Positions 1 to 9,687 of a stretch of DNA of 64,000 bases are shown here, in pieces. The stretch lies in assembly GCA_965223845.1 (NCBI GenBank), contig CBDCXR010000004.1:1792001-1856000 (forward strand), given 5' to 3'. Origin of the DNA: Planctomycetota bacterium. GTDB taxonomy: Bacteria; Planctomycetota; UBA8108; SXIK01. The notes under the pieces were generated by a model, which made no database searches, was not told the origin of the DNA, and saw only the letters and a list, made by a program, of their open reading frames with translations. Position 1 is the first letter of the stretch, and every line of letters begins with the position of its first letter. A program made the translations under genes and the position numbers.

Positions 1-2
1 CC

Positions 3-830
3 GCGCCGCACCGCTCGCTCGCGCTCGATCTCATTCGTGCGAACGGGCGCTCCGTGGACGCGTTCCTCGCACCGAGTCGCGCCTACGCCGATCACATGGA
101 GAAGTGGGCGGGTCTCGATCCGGACCGGATCGCGGTCGTCGAACCGGGCGTCGCGCTCTCTACCTCGAACGCGCCCGCAGACCCCGAGCGAAGTCTGCGG
201 CGCGAGGACGGCGTGCTCGCGATCGGCTTTCTGTCGAGAATGGCGCCGGAAAAGGGACTCCATCTCCTCGTCGATGCATTCGTTCGCCTGGTGCAAACGG
301 GCGATGTCCCCGGCCTCCGGCTTCGCATCGCAGGGTATTCGAGCCGCCGGAGCAGCGCCTACGTCCGCGCGCAGAGGCGGCGCGTCGATGCGGCGGGACT
401 GAGCTCCCAGGTCGAGTTCCTCGGTACGCTCGACGGCGCAGCAAAACGCGACTTTTTTCGCTCGATCGACGTTTTTGCGATGCCTTCGGTCCACGTCGAA
501 TCGAAGGCTCTCCCGGTCCTCGAGGCGCTCGCCCACGGAGTTCCGGTGGTCGTTCCGGCGGCCGGCTCGATCCCGGAGTGGATCCATGCGACCGAGGGAG
601 GGCTCCTCCACTCACCGGATTCGACGGATGAGCTCACCGCCGGCCTGCGTAAGCTACTTCGCGACGCGGAGCTCCGCCGCAAGCTCGGAGCGAGCGGCTC
701 GCGCGTCGTCCGCGAGCGCTTTGGCTCGCAGCACATGGCAGAGCGTGCCGTCGCCGTTTGGTCACGACTCGGCGAGTCACGCTCGGGTCCCGCCTCGTCT
801 TCGGACTCGAAAAGGCCCACGATCGAATGA
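3..830 (+). CDS. GT4-family glycosyltransferase (5'-truncated by window)
   Basis: Frame is open from base 3. GT-B C-terminal motifs SRMAPEKGL, DVFAMPS..E, VLEALAHGVPVV. Confidence 0.9.
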   Translation, partial: APHRSLALDLIRANGRSVDAFLAPSRAYADHMEKWAGLDPDRIAVVEPGVALSTSNAPADPERSLRREDGVLAIGFLSRMAPEKGLHLLVDAFVRLVQTGDVPGLRLRIAGYSSRRSSAYVRAQRRRVDAAGLSSQVEFLGTLDGAAKRDFFRSIDVFAMPSVHVESKALPVLEALAHGVPVVVPAAGSIPEWIHATEGGLLHSPDSTDELTAGLRKLLRDAELRRKLGASGSRVVRERFGSQHMAERAVAVWSRLGESRSGPASSSDSKRPTIE

Positions 831-1270
831 CTCACGAGTTTCGCCACGAGCGGCGCGTCGAGTTCGCCGACACCGACTGCGCCGGTATCATTCACTTTTC
901 CCGCTTCGCTTGCTACGCGGAAGAAGCAGAGCACGCATTTCTCCGCTCGCTCGGACTGAGCGTCCAGATGAAACACGAAGGACACACGATCGGCTTTCCG
1001 CGCCTCGCAAGTCGCTTTGAGTACTCGCGGCCGATCCGCTTCGAGGACGTCGTCGACATCCGGCTCCGGGTCGTGCGACTCGGTGCGAGCACCGTCACGT
1101 ATCAATTCCTTTTCGAGAAGGACGGCGACGAGGTCGCTCGTGGGGAGTTTACCGTCATCGCGTGTCGTGTGTATCCTGAGGGACGCATCGAGAAGACCGC
1201 GCTCCCGAACGCGTTCACGGATCTCGTTGAAATCGCGCCCGAGGGGGCACTCGATTTTCGCGAACGATGA
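827..1270 (+). CDS. Acyl-CoA thioesterase (4HBT/YbgC hot-dog fold)
   Basis: RVEFADTDCAGIIHFSRF matches the DTD.GxxH motif. ATG at 827 overlaps the upstream stop (ATGA). Confidence 0.88.
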   Translation: MTHEFRHERRVEFADTDCAGIIHFSRFACYAEEAEHAFLRSLGLSVQMKHEGHTIGFPRLASRFEYSRPIRFEDVVDIRLRVVRLGASTVTYQFLFEKDGDEVARGEFTVIACRVYPEGRIEKTALPNAFTDLVEIAPEGALDFRER

Positions 1271-1312
1271 CCCCGATCGACGGATCGACCGAGCGAGACG
1301 CCGGAGGATCGA

Positions 1313-2032
1313 TTGCCCGAACTCGAAGTTCACGCCCTCTCTAAGGAATACCCCACCCCGGCCGAGCCGCTCGTCGTCCTCGATGGCGTCGAGTTCGAGC
1401 TCGAGATCGGCGACGCGGCGGCGATCACCGGTCCGTCCGGATGCGGGAAGAGTACCCTGCTCCACATCCTCGGCGCTCTCGACACGCCGACATCCGGTCG
1501 CGTCACACTCGGAGGCGAGGACCCGTCGACTCTGAACGAGACGGATCTCGCGCGCTTTCGCGGCGAGAAGATCGGATTCGTCTTCCAGGACCATCATCTT
1601 CTGCCGCAGTGCTCGGCGCTCGAGAACGTGCTCGTACCGACGCTCGTCGAGCGAAGTGCGGCCGCGTCGGGCGAGAAGCGCGCGCGCGACCTTCTCGAGC
1701 GTGTCGGACTCTCGGACCGCAGCGACCACCTGCCGTCCGAGCTCTCGGGAGGTGAGCGGCAGCGCGTGGCCATCGCTCGCGCGCTCATTCGGTCGCCGCA
1801 GCTTCTCCTTTGCGATGAGCCGACCGGGAACCTCGACCCGGCGAGCGCGCGCCACGTCGGAGACCTCTTTCTCGAGCTCGCGGGATCGCGCGACCACGCG
1901 CTCGTCGTCGTCACGCACAGCGTCGAGCTGGCCGAGCGTTTTCCCCGCCGCTTCGTTCTCGACGACGGGAAGCTCCGAGCAGTGGGCGACGAGGCCCGTC
2001 GCGACGCTCCGCGAGCGCCGACTGCGACATGA
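1313..2032 (+). CDS. ABC transporter ATP-binding protein (LolD/MacB-like)
   Basis: Walker A GPSGCGKST, LSGGERQR signature, LLCDEPTGNLD. TTG start preceded by GGAGG. Confidence 0.93.
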   Translation: MPELEVHALSKEYPTPAEPLVVLDGVEFELEIGDAAAITGPSGCGKSTLLHILGALDTPTSGRVTLGGEDPSTLNETDLARFRGEKIGFVFQDHHLLPQCSALENVLVPTLVERSAAASGEKRARDLLERVGLSDRSDHLPSELSGGERQRVAIARALIRSPQLLLCDEPTGNLDPASARHVGDLFLELAGSRDHALVVVTHSVELAERFPRRFVLDDGKLRAVGDEARRDAPRAPTAT

Positions 2033-5000
2033 GCTCCGGGCGTGCGTTCGATCTCCGCGCGCTCGCGCTCCGCGGACTCCGGTGGCACCGCCGCTCGTAT
2101 CTCGCTTCGGTAGCGATGATCGCCGTCGCGACGGCGGTCGTGACCGGCGCCCTACTCGTCGGTGATTCGGTGCGGGGAAGCCTGCGCGACCGCGCGCTCG
2201 AGCGTTTCGGCGCCGTCGACTTCGCTCTCTCGAGTCGCACGGGTTTCTTCCGCGAGGAGTTGCTGCGGGACGAGTCGTCTCAGGCTCGCAGCCCGGACCG
2301 TGGCGACGAGGACGGCGCCCGGGACGAGAGCTCGATCCGCGCGACGTCCGTCATCCTCCTCCGGGGGTCGGCGGTCCACGCAGAGTCGCGTCAGCGCTCC
2401 GCCCGCGTTCACATCATCGGAGTGGACTCGACGTTTTGGTCGTTCTGGGAGGAGACGGAGTCGCTCGCCGAGCCGTTTCGAGGCGAAGAAGGTCGGCGCT
2501 GGTGCTGGGTGAATCCCGCCCTCGCCGCCGCGATCGGCAGCGAAGCGACCGACACGCTCCTGCTCTCTCTCGGCAAGGCGGAGTCCGTCGCATCCGAACA
2601 CCTCCTCGGCGCGCGCGACGACGCCGTTCGCACGCTCCGAGTCGCGTGCCGCCGGGTGATCCCTGCGGCCGGTCCGGCGTACTTCCGGCTCGATCAGGGG
2701 CAGGACGATCCGCACGTCGTTTACGTTCCCCTCTCGTTTCTTCAGCGAACTCTCGAGCGAGAGGGGGAAGCGAACGTCGCTCTCATCGCGGCCGGCGGAC
2801 CACAGGACGAAGCCTCGAGCGCCCTGCGGGCGCGGATCCGCGAGAGGCTTCAGGTCGGAGATCTCGGACTCGCGGTGCGGTCGGTCGCAGCCCGGGGCGA
2901 TCCCGCGTCTCCGGAATCGGCGCGGAGCGAGCTCGTGCTCGAAAGTCGAGAGCTCGTGCTCCCGGACGCGGTCGTCGAATCCGCCGAGCAGACCGCGCGC
3001 GCGCTCGGGGCGACGACCCGCCGCGTGTTGACGTATCTAGCGAACACGGTTCGCGTCGGTGAGCGCGAGATTCCCTATTCGACGATCACTGCCGTCGAGG
3101 ATGGCGGTTCAGCGGAACGACTCTTCGCTGAAGCGGTGTCCGGACCGCTCGCCGGAGAGAGCATCGTCCTCAATGATTGGGCCGCCCGCGAGCTCGACGC
3201 GAAGGTGGGGGAGAGCGTGACCCTTCGCTACTTCGTCGTCGTCGCCGGGAATGAGCTGCGCGAAGCCGAGGCGACGTTTCAGCTCGCGGGAATCGTTCCG
3301 ATCGACGAGGGACCGTTCGACGCGTCCTGGACTCCGACCTTTCCCGGAATCTCGGACAGCGCATCGCTGCGTGACTGGGACCCGCCGTTCCCCGTCGATT
3401 TCGATCGCATCGAGGATCGCGATGAAGAGTACTGGGATGAGTACCGCGCGACGCCGAAGGGCGCGATCGCGCTCGCCGAGGGAATCGAGCTCTGGGCGAC
3501 GCGATTTGGGCGGGCGACGTCCGTGCGTGTCGACCCCGCGGAGACTGGGCTTTCGGCGGAGACGTTCGCGAGCGCCCTCCTCGATCGACTCGATCCCGGA
3601 GCGGCCGGACTTTCGCTCGACGCCGTCAAGGCTCGAGCCCTCACCGCCGCGCGCGGAGCGACGGATTTTGCGATGCTCTTCGTCGCGTTCAGCTTCTTTC
3701 TCATCGTGAGCGCCCTCGTGCTTCTCTCGCTCGTCTTTCGACTGGCGGCTGAGCTGCGCGCGCGCGAACTCGGTACGCTTCTCGCGACGGGGTTTACCGC
3801 ACGAGACGCGACGACGCTTCTTCTTCGCGAAGGGAGAGGGCTCGTGGTGATCGGCGCCATCGTCGGCGCGGTCGGCGGAGTCGGCTACGCCGCCGCGCTC
3901 GTCGCGGGCCTTCGCACGCTCTGGAGTGGGGCCGTCAGCGCGCCCTTTCTCGAGCTTCACGTCACCGCCGGCTCGATCGCGATCGGGCTCTCGGTGACAG
4001 CGATTCTCGCGTTCGCCGTCATCATCGTCGTTGCCCGGCGGATCACGAGGACTGCGCCCCGCGCTCTCCTCGCCGGTGTTACGCGCGACGACCCGGTTCT
4101 CAGGCGAACGTCGACCCGTAGCCGAGGCTTCGTCGTCGTCGCCGGCGGCGTTGCCTGCGCAGTGCTGACTCTTGTGGGGACGCTCGATGCGTGGGCCCCG
4201 GAGGCGTGCTTTTTCGGCGCGGGAGCGGCGGGTCTCGTCGCGGGACTCGCGGCGCTCGACGTCGCGCTCCGCAAGCTCGCGCCCCAGGGGTTCGCCGGTC
4301 GGGGCGTCCGCGCCCTGATCGTCCTCGGTGTGCGCAACGCGGGCCGTCGCCCGGCCCGTAGTCTCCTCACGGCGTCCGTGCTCGCCGTCGCGGCGTTCAT
4401 CGTCATCGCCGTGGCCGCACAGCGGCGCGATGTCCGGCACGACGATCCCCAGCGCGATTCCGGCGACGGCGGGTATTCGCTTGTCGCACGGTCGGCCGTG
4501 CCCCTCACACGCTCCCTCGGGTCACGCGACGGTCGGGAGGCCCTCAATCTCGTCGGCGCGGCGGATGCGCTGGTCGGTGCGGCGGAGATCCACGCGCTCC
4601 GCGTGAAGCCCGGTGACGACTCGAGCTGCCTCAATCTCTACCGACCGCAGTCTCCGCGCATCGTCGGTGTTGAGAGCTCGTTTCGCGCCGCGGGAGGTTT
4701 TCGTTGGGCGAAGACCCTCGCGGACTCCGCCGAAGAGCGCGCGAACCCGTGGCTCCTCCTAGAGCGCACGCTTCCGGACGGCGCGATTCCCGCGATCGCC
4801 GACCTCAACACCGCCCAGTGGATTCTTCACGTCGGACTCGGAGACGAGATCGAAGTCCTCGCGGAAGACGCTCGACCGGTGAAGATTCGCCTTGTCGGAC
4901 TCCTAGCTCACAGCATTTTCCAGAGCGAGCTCGTCATCGCATCGGAGACCTTCGTCCGCGCGTTTCCGCGCGAGACCGGTTGGAGTCAGTTCCTCTTTCG

Positions 5001-5523
5001 CACCGATGTCCCGAACGGACCCGCGCCCGTCGACCTTTCCGGCGCGCTCGAGTCGGCGCTCGCGGATTACGGGTTCGACGTTCGGACGACGGGGGAAGTC
5101 CTCGCGGCGTTCAAGCGCGTCGAGAACACGTACCTCTCAACGTTTCAGATCCTCGGCGGACTCGGACTCCTCCTCGGGACGCTCGGCCTCGCCGTCGTTC
5201 TCGTCCGCAACGTCAACGAGAGACGCGCGGAGATCGGGCTGCTGAGGGCGGTCGGGTATACGCCGGCCGCGGTGCGGTGGGTCGTTTTCAGCGAGACCGG
5301 CACGCTTCTGGCCGGTGGCCTCGTTGTCGGTGGCGGTGCCGCGCTGCTCGCGTCCGTGCCCGTTTTCTTGAGCGGCGCCGGCGAGGTATCGGTCTCCGGC
5401 GTGCTCGGGACGGTTGCGGTGATCGCCGCCGCCGGGCTCGGCGCCGCGGCTCTGTCCATGCAGCGCGCGCTCGCGAGCTCATCCCCGGTGGACGCCCTCC
5501 GGGGCGAGAGCCGTCCCCGCTAG
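2029..5523 (+). CDS. Large FtsX/MacB-type ABC permease (two FtsX-like halves)
   Basis: RELGTLLATGF and ERRAEIGLLRAVGY FtsX motifs, multiple hydrophobic segments, large extracytoplasmic loops. ATGA overlap with the ATPase. Confidence 0.88.
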   Translation: MSSGRAFDLRALALRGLRWHRRSYLASVAMIAVATAVVTGALLVGDSVRGSLRDRALERFGAVDFALSSRTGFFREELLRDESSQARSPDRGDEDGARDESSIRATSVILLRGSAVHAESRQRSARVHIIGVDSTFWSFWEETESLAEPFRGEEGRRWCWVNPALAAAIGSEATDTLLLSLGKAESVASEHLLGARDDAVRTLRVACRRVIPAAGPAYFRLDQGQDDPHVVYVPLSFLQRTLEREGEANVALIAAGGPQDEASSALRARIRERLQVGDLGLAVRSVAARGDPASPESARSELVLESRELVLPDAVVESAEQTARALGATTRRVLTYLANTVRVGEREIPYSTITAVEDGGSAERLFAEAVSGPLAGESIVLNDWAARELDAKVGESVTLRYFVVVAGNELREAEATFQLAGIVPIDEGPFDASWTPTFPGISDSASLRDWDPPFPVDFDRIEDRDEEYWDEYRATPKGAIALAEGIELWATRFGRATSVRVDPAETGLSAETFASALLDRLDPGAAGLSLDAVKARALTAARGATDFAMLFVAFSFFLIVSALVLLSLVFRLAAELRARELGTLLATGFTARDATTLLLREGRGLVVIGAIVGAVGGVGYAAALVAGLRTLWSGAVSAPFLELHVTAGSIAIGLSVTAILAFAVIIVVARRITRTAPRALLAGVTRDDPVLRRTSTRSRGFVVVAGGVACAVLTLVGTLDAWAPEACFFGAGAAGLVAGLAALDVALRKLAPQGFAGRGVRALIVLGVRNAGRRPARSLLTASVLAVAAFIVIAVAAQRRDVRHDDPQRDSGDGGYSLVARSAVPLTRSLGSRDGREALNLVGAADALVGAAEIHALRVKPGDDSSCLNLYRPQSPRIVGVESSFRAAGGFRWAKTLADSAEERANPWLLLERTLPDGAIPAIADLNTAQWILHVGLGDEIEVLAEDARPVKIRLVGLLAHSIFQSELVIASETFVRAFPRETGWSQFLFRTDVPNGPAPVDLSGALESALADYGFDVRTTGEVLAAFKRVENTYLSTFQILGGLGLLLGTLGLAVVLVRNVNERRAEIGLLRAVGYTPAAVRWVVFSETGTLLAGGLVVGGGAALLASVPVFLSGAGEVSVSGVLGTVAVIAAAGLGAAALSMQRALASSSPVDALRGESRPR

Positions 5524-5638
5524 CCGGAATGAAACCGCACATCCGACGGTGGAGTCTCCGCCGACGGCGTTCGGCGCGGCGGAGGTCACCTGAGAGGCGG
5601 GATCCGCGCGGGCCGAGAGTCGGAAGTCTCTAGGCCGC

Positions 5639-5722
5639 TTACCGCGCGGGGCGGGTGTAGCGGAAGAGATCAGCGAAGGAGTTCAACAATCCGGCGAGAA
5701 GAGATCGCAGTGAACGCATCAT
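5639..5722 (-). CDS. Putative 27-aa amphipathic small peptide MMRSLRSLLAGLLNSFADLFRYTRPAR
   Basis: Hand-translated; below the ORF-track cutoff. SD-like GTGAGGTAGG immediately before ATG. Hydrophobic residues fall at i/i+3/i+4 spacing. Confidence 0.45.
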   Translation of the reverse strand: MMRSLRSLLAGLLNSFADLFRYTRPAR

Positions 5723-6020
5723 GCCTACCTCACTTCTTTTCGCCCCGCCAAACAAAACACTAACCCAGACGCTCGTCCGTTCCCAGCCCAAACCTTAGGG
5801 CTCAGACCGGACCTTACGGCCCGGACCTTTACGGCACCGCGCAGCTCCGTCGAGCGGCTCGAGGCGGACATCCGTCTCGCCTGTGGGCAACGCTCGGCCG
5901 GACGCGGCGACGGCGGCACTCTTCGAACGGGATGCTCCGGATGGCCGGCGCCTCGAACCCTCTCGCCGTCCTCTGAGACCCGTGAGGACGACCCGAGCCG
6001 CTACCGTTACCGGAACTACG
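5723..6020 (-). ncRNA. Putative structured leader or sRNA
   Basis: Minus-strand hairpins CCGGGCC-GTAA-GGTCCGG (GNRA loop) and GTCGTCCTC-N10-GAGGACGGC, whose G-U pairs favour the minus strand. Not recognised as a known RNA family. Confidence 0.35.
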
Positions 6021-6025
6021 TTCAC

Positions 6026-6054
6026 TTGTTAAGTGTTTCACGCCCGGATGTCAA
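6026..6054 (-). promoter_or_regulatory. Putative sigma70 promoter TTGACA-N17-TAACAA
   Basis: Perfect -35 at 6049-6054. Imperfect -10 overlapped by the CACTT-N3-AAGTG inverted repeat. Confidence 0.4.
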
Positions 6055-6058
6055 CCGT

Positions 6059-7873
6059 TCACCGGCTCGCCAGGCGGCCTAGCGCGCGCCGGAGGGCCGC
6101 TGCCGCGTAGACCGGAGGATAGAGGCGCTCGAAGTACCAGAGGTCGGCGAAGTAGAAGCCGATCGGGGTCGGATCCTCGAGTCCGCCCGCCTCGACCGTG
6201 CCCACGAGCCACTCGAGCCCCCGCTGGACGGCATCCTCGCCCGAGAGATCGCCGTCCGTTTCCGCCCCGAGCAACGCGTAGAGCGCGAGCGCCGACTCCT
6301 CGACGCTCGACGGCGCCCCGTGGTCGCCACCCCAGCCGCCGTCCTCGTTCTGCGCGTCGACGAGCCAACGCTGCGCGTTTCGCCGCACGGACTCCCCGAT
6401 CGGAACCTCCGCGTCCTCGAGGGCGATGAGGACCCGACTCGTCCCGTAGACGGGGCTCTCGTTCTGGGGGACGTGTTCGTTCCCGAACCAGAGCGGAAGC
6501 CACGCGCCGTCGGCCCGTTGCGTGCGCTCGAGGAATGCTCCCATCGCGCGAGTCGCCCGGTCGAGCCTCGGGGCGAGATCCGGAAACGTCCCGCGCCACG
6601 CGGAGAACGCTCGCAGGGCGTGAGCGGTCAGGTCCGCGCCGCTCCGATCGAACGGCAGCCGTCCCCAACCGCGGCAAAACGTCGGAATTCCACCGTCGCG
6701 ATTCTGCAGGTCGAGAAGCCAAGAGAGTCCCGCGGCCGAGGCGCGCCGCGACTCGGCATCGCCTTCGCCGAGGCACTTGAGAGCGAGGAGCGCACCCGCT
6801 GTATCGTCCGCGTCGGGAACGCCGCCGGGAAGATCGGTCCAAGCCCATCCCCCCGGCGCCGCCCCGGTGTACGGATGAACGGTTCGGTACTGCTGACTGA
6901 GAAGCCAACGGCGGATCGGTTCTCGGTCAGCGGGAGAGAGCGCGGACGCCCCCGCTTCAGCGAGCGCTCCAACCGCGAGCGTCGTCACCCAGGTCGCGAG
7001 ATCGGTGTCGATCGGCCAGCTTCCGTCCTTCCGTACTGAGTGCTCGAGGAACCGCGTCGCTTCGCGCACGACGGGGTGGCCCGCCGAACCGCTCGCGGCA
7101 AGACTCATCGTAACGAATGCCGTCAACGGCACCGCTTCGAGAAAACCGCCGCTCGCCGGCTGGATCTCGCGCAGAACGTTCAGCGTACGCGCGCGTGCCG
7201 CTGCGCGCGCCACTCGGGTCAAGGGATTCCGCGTGGGGCGATGGTGGTGGTGTACTTGCCCGACGGCGATCAAGGCCGGGAGGGCGTAGCTGACGACGGG
7301 AAGCCCGAGGAAACGAAACCAGCGACGGGGGAGCGCGGCGAGCTCGAACGGGAGAGACTTCACTGACCTCCAAGCATCGCGTCCCTCGCCTAGGCATCCG
7401 GCGAGGGCGCAGTGGGTGAGGATAGGCACGCTGAACGTTCGATCCTCACCGTAGACGGCGAGGATCGCCGCGGCGAGAGCGTCGGGCGAAGTCGAGCCGG
7501 CGCGCGCCGCGATCCAGTCCTCGGCACCCCGAATGGCGGACTCGACCTTCCCCTCTGACCGTGCGACCGCTCGCAGCGTCGCCCAACAGAGCGTCGTCGT
7601 GCTGATGTTGCTCCGGCTCGCCGGCGTGTCGCCCCAGCCGCCGTCCGTGTGAACGTTTTCCGCTAGCCAATGTGCTCCCCGCGCGACGAGCTCGCGGTGC
7701 TCCGGTCCACCGTGCTTCTCCACGAGTGCAAGCGCGAGAGTAGCGGTCGCGGTCGAGAGCGCACTCGTCGAGAGCTCGCCGCGCCAGTGGCCATCGGAAG
7801 TGCGTTCACCGAGCAGTCGCTGCTCGACGAGATCCGCGGCGCGCTTGAGTCTGTTGTCGAAGTCGTCCGTCAT
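6059..7873 (-). CDS. Squalene-hopene cyclase-like class II terpene cyclase
   Basis: GGWAW..PDADDTA (DxDD), QW repeats (LQNRDGGI, TQRADGAW, AQNEDGGWGG), WFGN and PIGFYFADLWY tail. Confidence 0.85.
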   Translation of the reverse strand: MTDDFDNRLKRAADLVEQRLLGERTSDGHWRGELSTSALSTATATLALALVEKHGGPEHRELVARGAHWLAENVHTDGGWGDTPASRSNISTTTLCWATLRAVARSEGKVESAIRGAEDWIAARAGSTSPDALAAAILAVYGEDRTFSVPILTHCALAGCLGEGRDAWRSVKSLPFELAALPRRWFRFLGLPVVSYALPALIAVGQVHHHHRPTRNPLTRVARAAARARTLNVLREIQPASGGFLEAVPLTAFVTMSLAASGSAGHPVVREATRFLEHSVRKDGSWPIDTDLATWVTTLAVGALAEAGASALSPADREPIRRWLLSQQYRTVHPYTGAAPGGWAWTDLPGGVPDADDTAGALLALKCLGEGDAESRRASAAGLSWLLDLQNRDGGIPTFCRGWGRLPFDRSGADLTAHALRAFSAWRGTFPDLAPRLDRATRAMGAFLERTQRADGAWLPLWFGNEHVPQNESPVYGTSRVLIALEDAEVPIGESVRRNAQRWLVDAQNEDGGWGGDHGAPSSVEESALALYALLGAETDGDLSGEDAVQRGLEWLVGTVEAGGLEDPTPIGFYFADLWYFERLYPPVYAAAALRRALGRLASR

Positions 7874-8015
7874 CGCGCGGCGGCGCCGCCCTCCTGTCGT
7901 TCGGCGAGCGACCTACGACAGGACCGCGACGACTCGTCGTAGAGCCTCGGTACGGAGGTGAGCTGCACTCGCCGGTTCGGTGTGCAGGACTCCCCGCGAG
8001 ACCGCGCGTTCGCGT

Positions 8016-8765
8016 TCAACCGCCCGCCCCCCGGATCTTCGTTCCCATCCATCCCGAACGCGTCCGCGTCGCGATCACGAGTCCCGAGCCAACTCCGCTG
8101 AGGCGCGCGACGAGTTCGCCTCCTTCGGACCAGATCGAGCTCCCGCCCGCGGTGTCGAGCGTCGTCGACGGAGCGCCGTGATTCGCGAGAACTACGGCCA
8201 TCGAGTGCTCCCGAGCGTATCCGGAGAGCTTCTCCGAGACCGACTCGAACTCCGCCGGCGAGAAGAGCACGCCCGCGAGGTACAGCGTCGCGCCGCGCGC
8301 CGCGGCACTCCGGGGATGGGACGCGTGATTCGTGTCGGCGCAGATCGCGACCGCCGCGACGTCGTGCCCGATTCGAGTGAGCGGGTCACGCTCAGCCGGA
8401 TCGAACACGTCCAGCTCGTCGCCCCCGAGGTGGCGCTTCGTGTAGATCGCCTCCCGGCCATCCGCCCCGACGATGAACGCGCCGATGTGAAGTCCCGACG
8501 CGAGCCGGATCGGCGCGCCGACGACGAGCGTCACGCCGTGCTCGGCGGCCGCGTCACGGAGCGGGGCCAGCCGGTCGTCGCGCTCGGAGAACGCGAGGGC
8601 GTCGGCGAGATCCAATTCGTATCCCGTGAGCGACAATTCGGGAAAGACGAGAAGCTGGACGTCGTGTGCCGCCGCGACCGCGACCAGTCGGATGTGACGA
8701 TCGAGGTTATCGCGAACATCTCCCCGGAGTGACTCGATCTGGGCGGCACCGACGGTCACGCTCAT
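8016..8765 (-). CDS. Carbon-nitrogen hydrolase (nitrilase superfamily)
   Basis: Triad motifs VFPELSLTGY (E), YTKRHL (K), AICAD (C). Start moved to ATG at 8765. Confidence 0.88.
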   Translation of the reverse strand: MSVTVGAAQIESLRGDVRDNLDRHIRLVAVAAAHDVQLLVFPELSLTGYELDLADALAFSERDDRLAPLRDAAAEHGVTLVVGAPIRLASGLHIGAFIVGADGREAIYTKRHLGGDELDVFDPAERDPLTRIGHDVAAVAICADTNHASHPRSAAARGATLYLAGVLFSPAEFESVSEKLSGYAREHSMAVVLANHGAPSTTLDTAGGSSIWSEGGELVARLSGVGSGLVIATRTRSGWMGTKIRGAGG

Positions 8766-8802
8766 CTCGCGCGTCCCTTTGTCCTTTAGCATCCGGCGCC
8801 TG

Positions 8803-9687
8803 TCAGAGACTCAAGTGACCGAGCGCGAGGAGCCCGTAGTACGTGTACTCGCAGTCGAGCGTGTCTTCGGCCCAGTGGCCGTAGAAGCTCCCGCGACTCG
8901 TCCAAAGGGTATCGATGAACTCGAGGCAATCGTCGCGAATCGAGTCGAGAGGACACTCGAGCGCAGCGAGCGCGTGGAGCGCCGTCGCCGTCGACAAGAG
9001 GTCGGGCACCGGCGTGCGCGGCCCGGCGCAGAATCCGCCGGCGCGACGGCAGCTACGGACGAGCCACTCGCCCGCCGAGGCGGGACAATCGATCCCGAGA
9101 GTCCGCGCGACGGTCACCGCGGCCGCCGTCGCGGGCGTCGCGCCCTCGGCGACGCGGGCGTCGTTCGCATAGCCTCCGTCGCTCTGCCGGCGTGCCGACA
9201 GAAACTCAGCGATCCGGGACGACGGGATTTCGCTCCCGAGGTCCTGGAGCGCACCGACGGCGAGAAAGACTCCGTAGACGTTCCCCATGTCCGCTCCGCG
9301 TTCGGTCGCGTAACCGCCGTCTGGGGTTCGGTGTCGGTCGATCTCGGCCTCGAAAGCGGCGCGGGCCGCGGTCGAAACCTCGAGCCCGCGGCTCGCCGTC
9401 GCTCGCACCGCAGAGGACAGATGGACGAGATCGAGGCTCGCGATCGTCTCCGGATCGGTGAAGGAGCACAGATACTCTCGCGTATCCGGAGGAAACTCCG
9501 TTCTCAGCGCGAGAAGGCATTCCGTGCCGAACAGCGTGTAATAGAGATCGGCCGCGCCGTCGCGATCACGAAACCCACCGTTCGGTGCGAGCTGGTCGAG
9601 AACGAACGCAGCGACGAGCTCCGTCGACTCACGCAGAAGCTGCGGCGCCAGTCTCGCGACCTGCAGCATTTCGAGTCTCATGCTCAC
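8803..9687 (-). CDS. Prenyltransferase/squalene-oxidase repeat protein (GGTase-beta-like alpha barrel)
   Basis: Repeats QLAPNGGF, TPDGGY, QSDGGY, AGGF; DLYYTLF and DCEYTYYGL motifs. Confidence 0.75.
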   Translation of the reverse strand: MSMRLEMLQVARLAPQLLRESTELVAAFVLDQLAPNGGFRDRDGAADLYYTLFGTECLLALRTEFPPDTREYLCSFTDPETIASLDLVHLSSAVRATASRGLEVSTAARAAFEAEIDRHRTPDGGYATERGADMGNVYGVFLAVGALQDLGSEIPSSRIAEFLSARRQSDGGYANDARVAEGATPATAAAVTVARTLGIDCPASAGEWLVRSCRRAGGFCAGPRTPVPDLLSTATALHALAALECPLDSIRDDCLEFIDTLWTSRGSFYGHWAEDTLDCEYTYYGLLALGHLSL

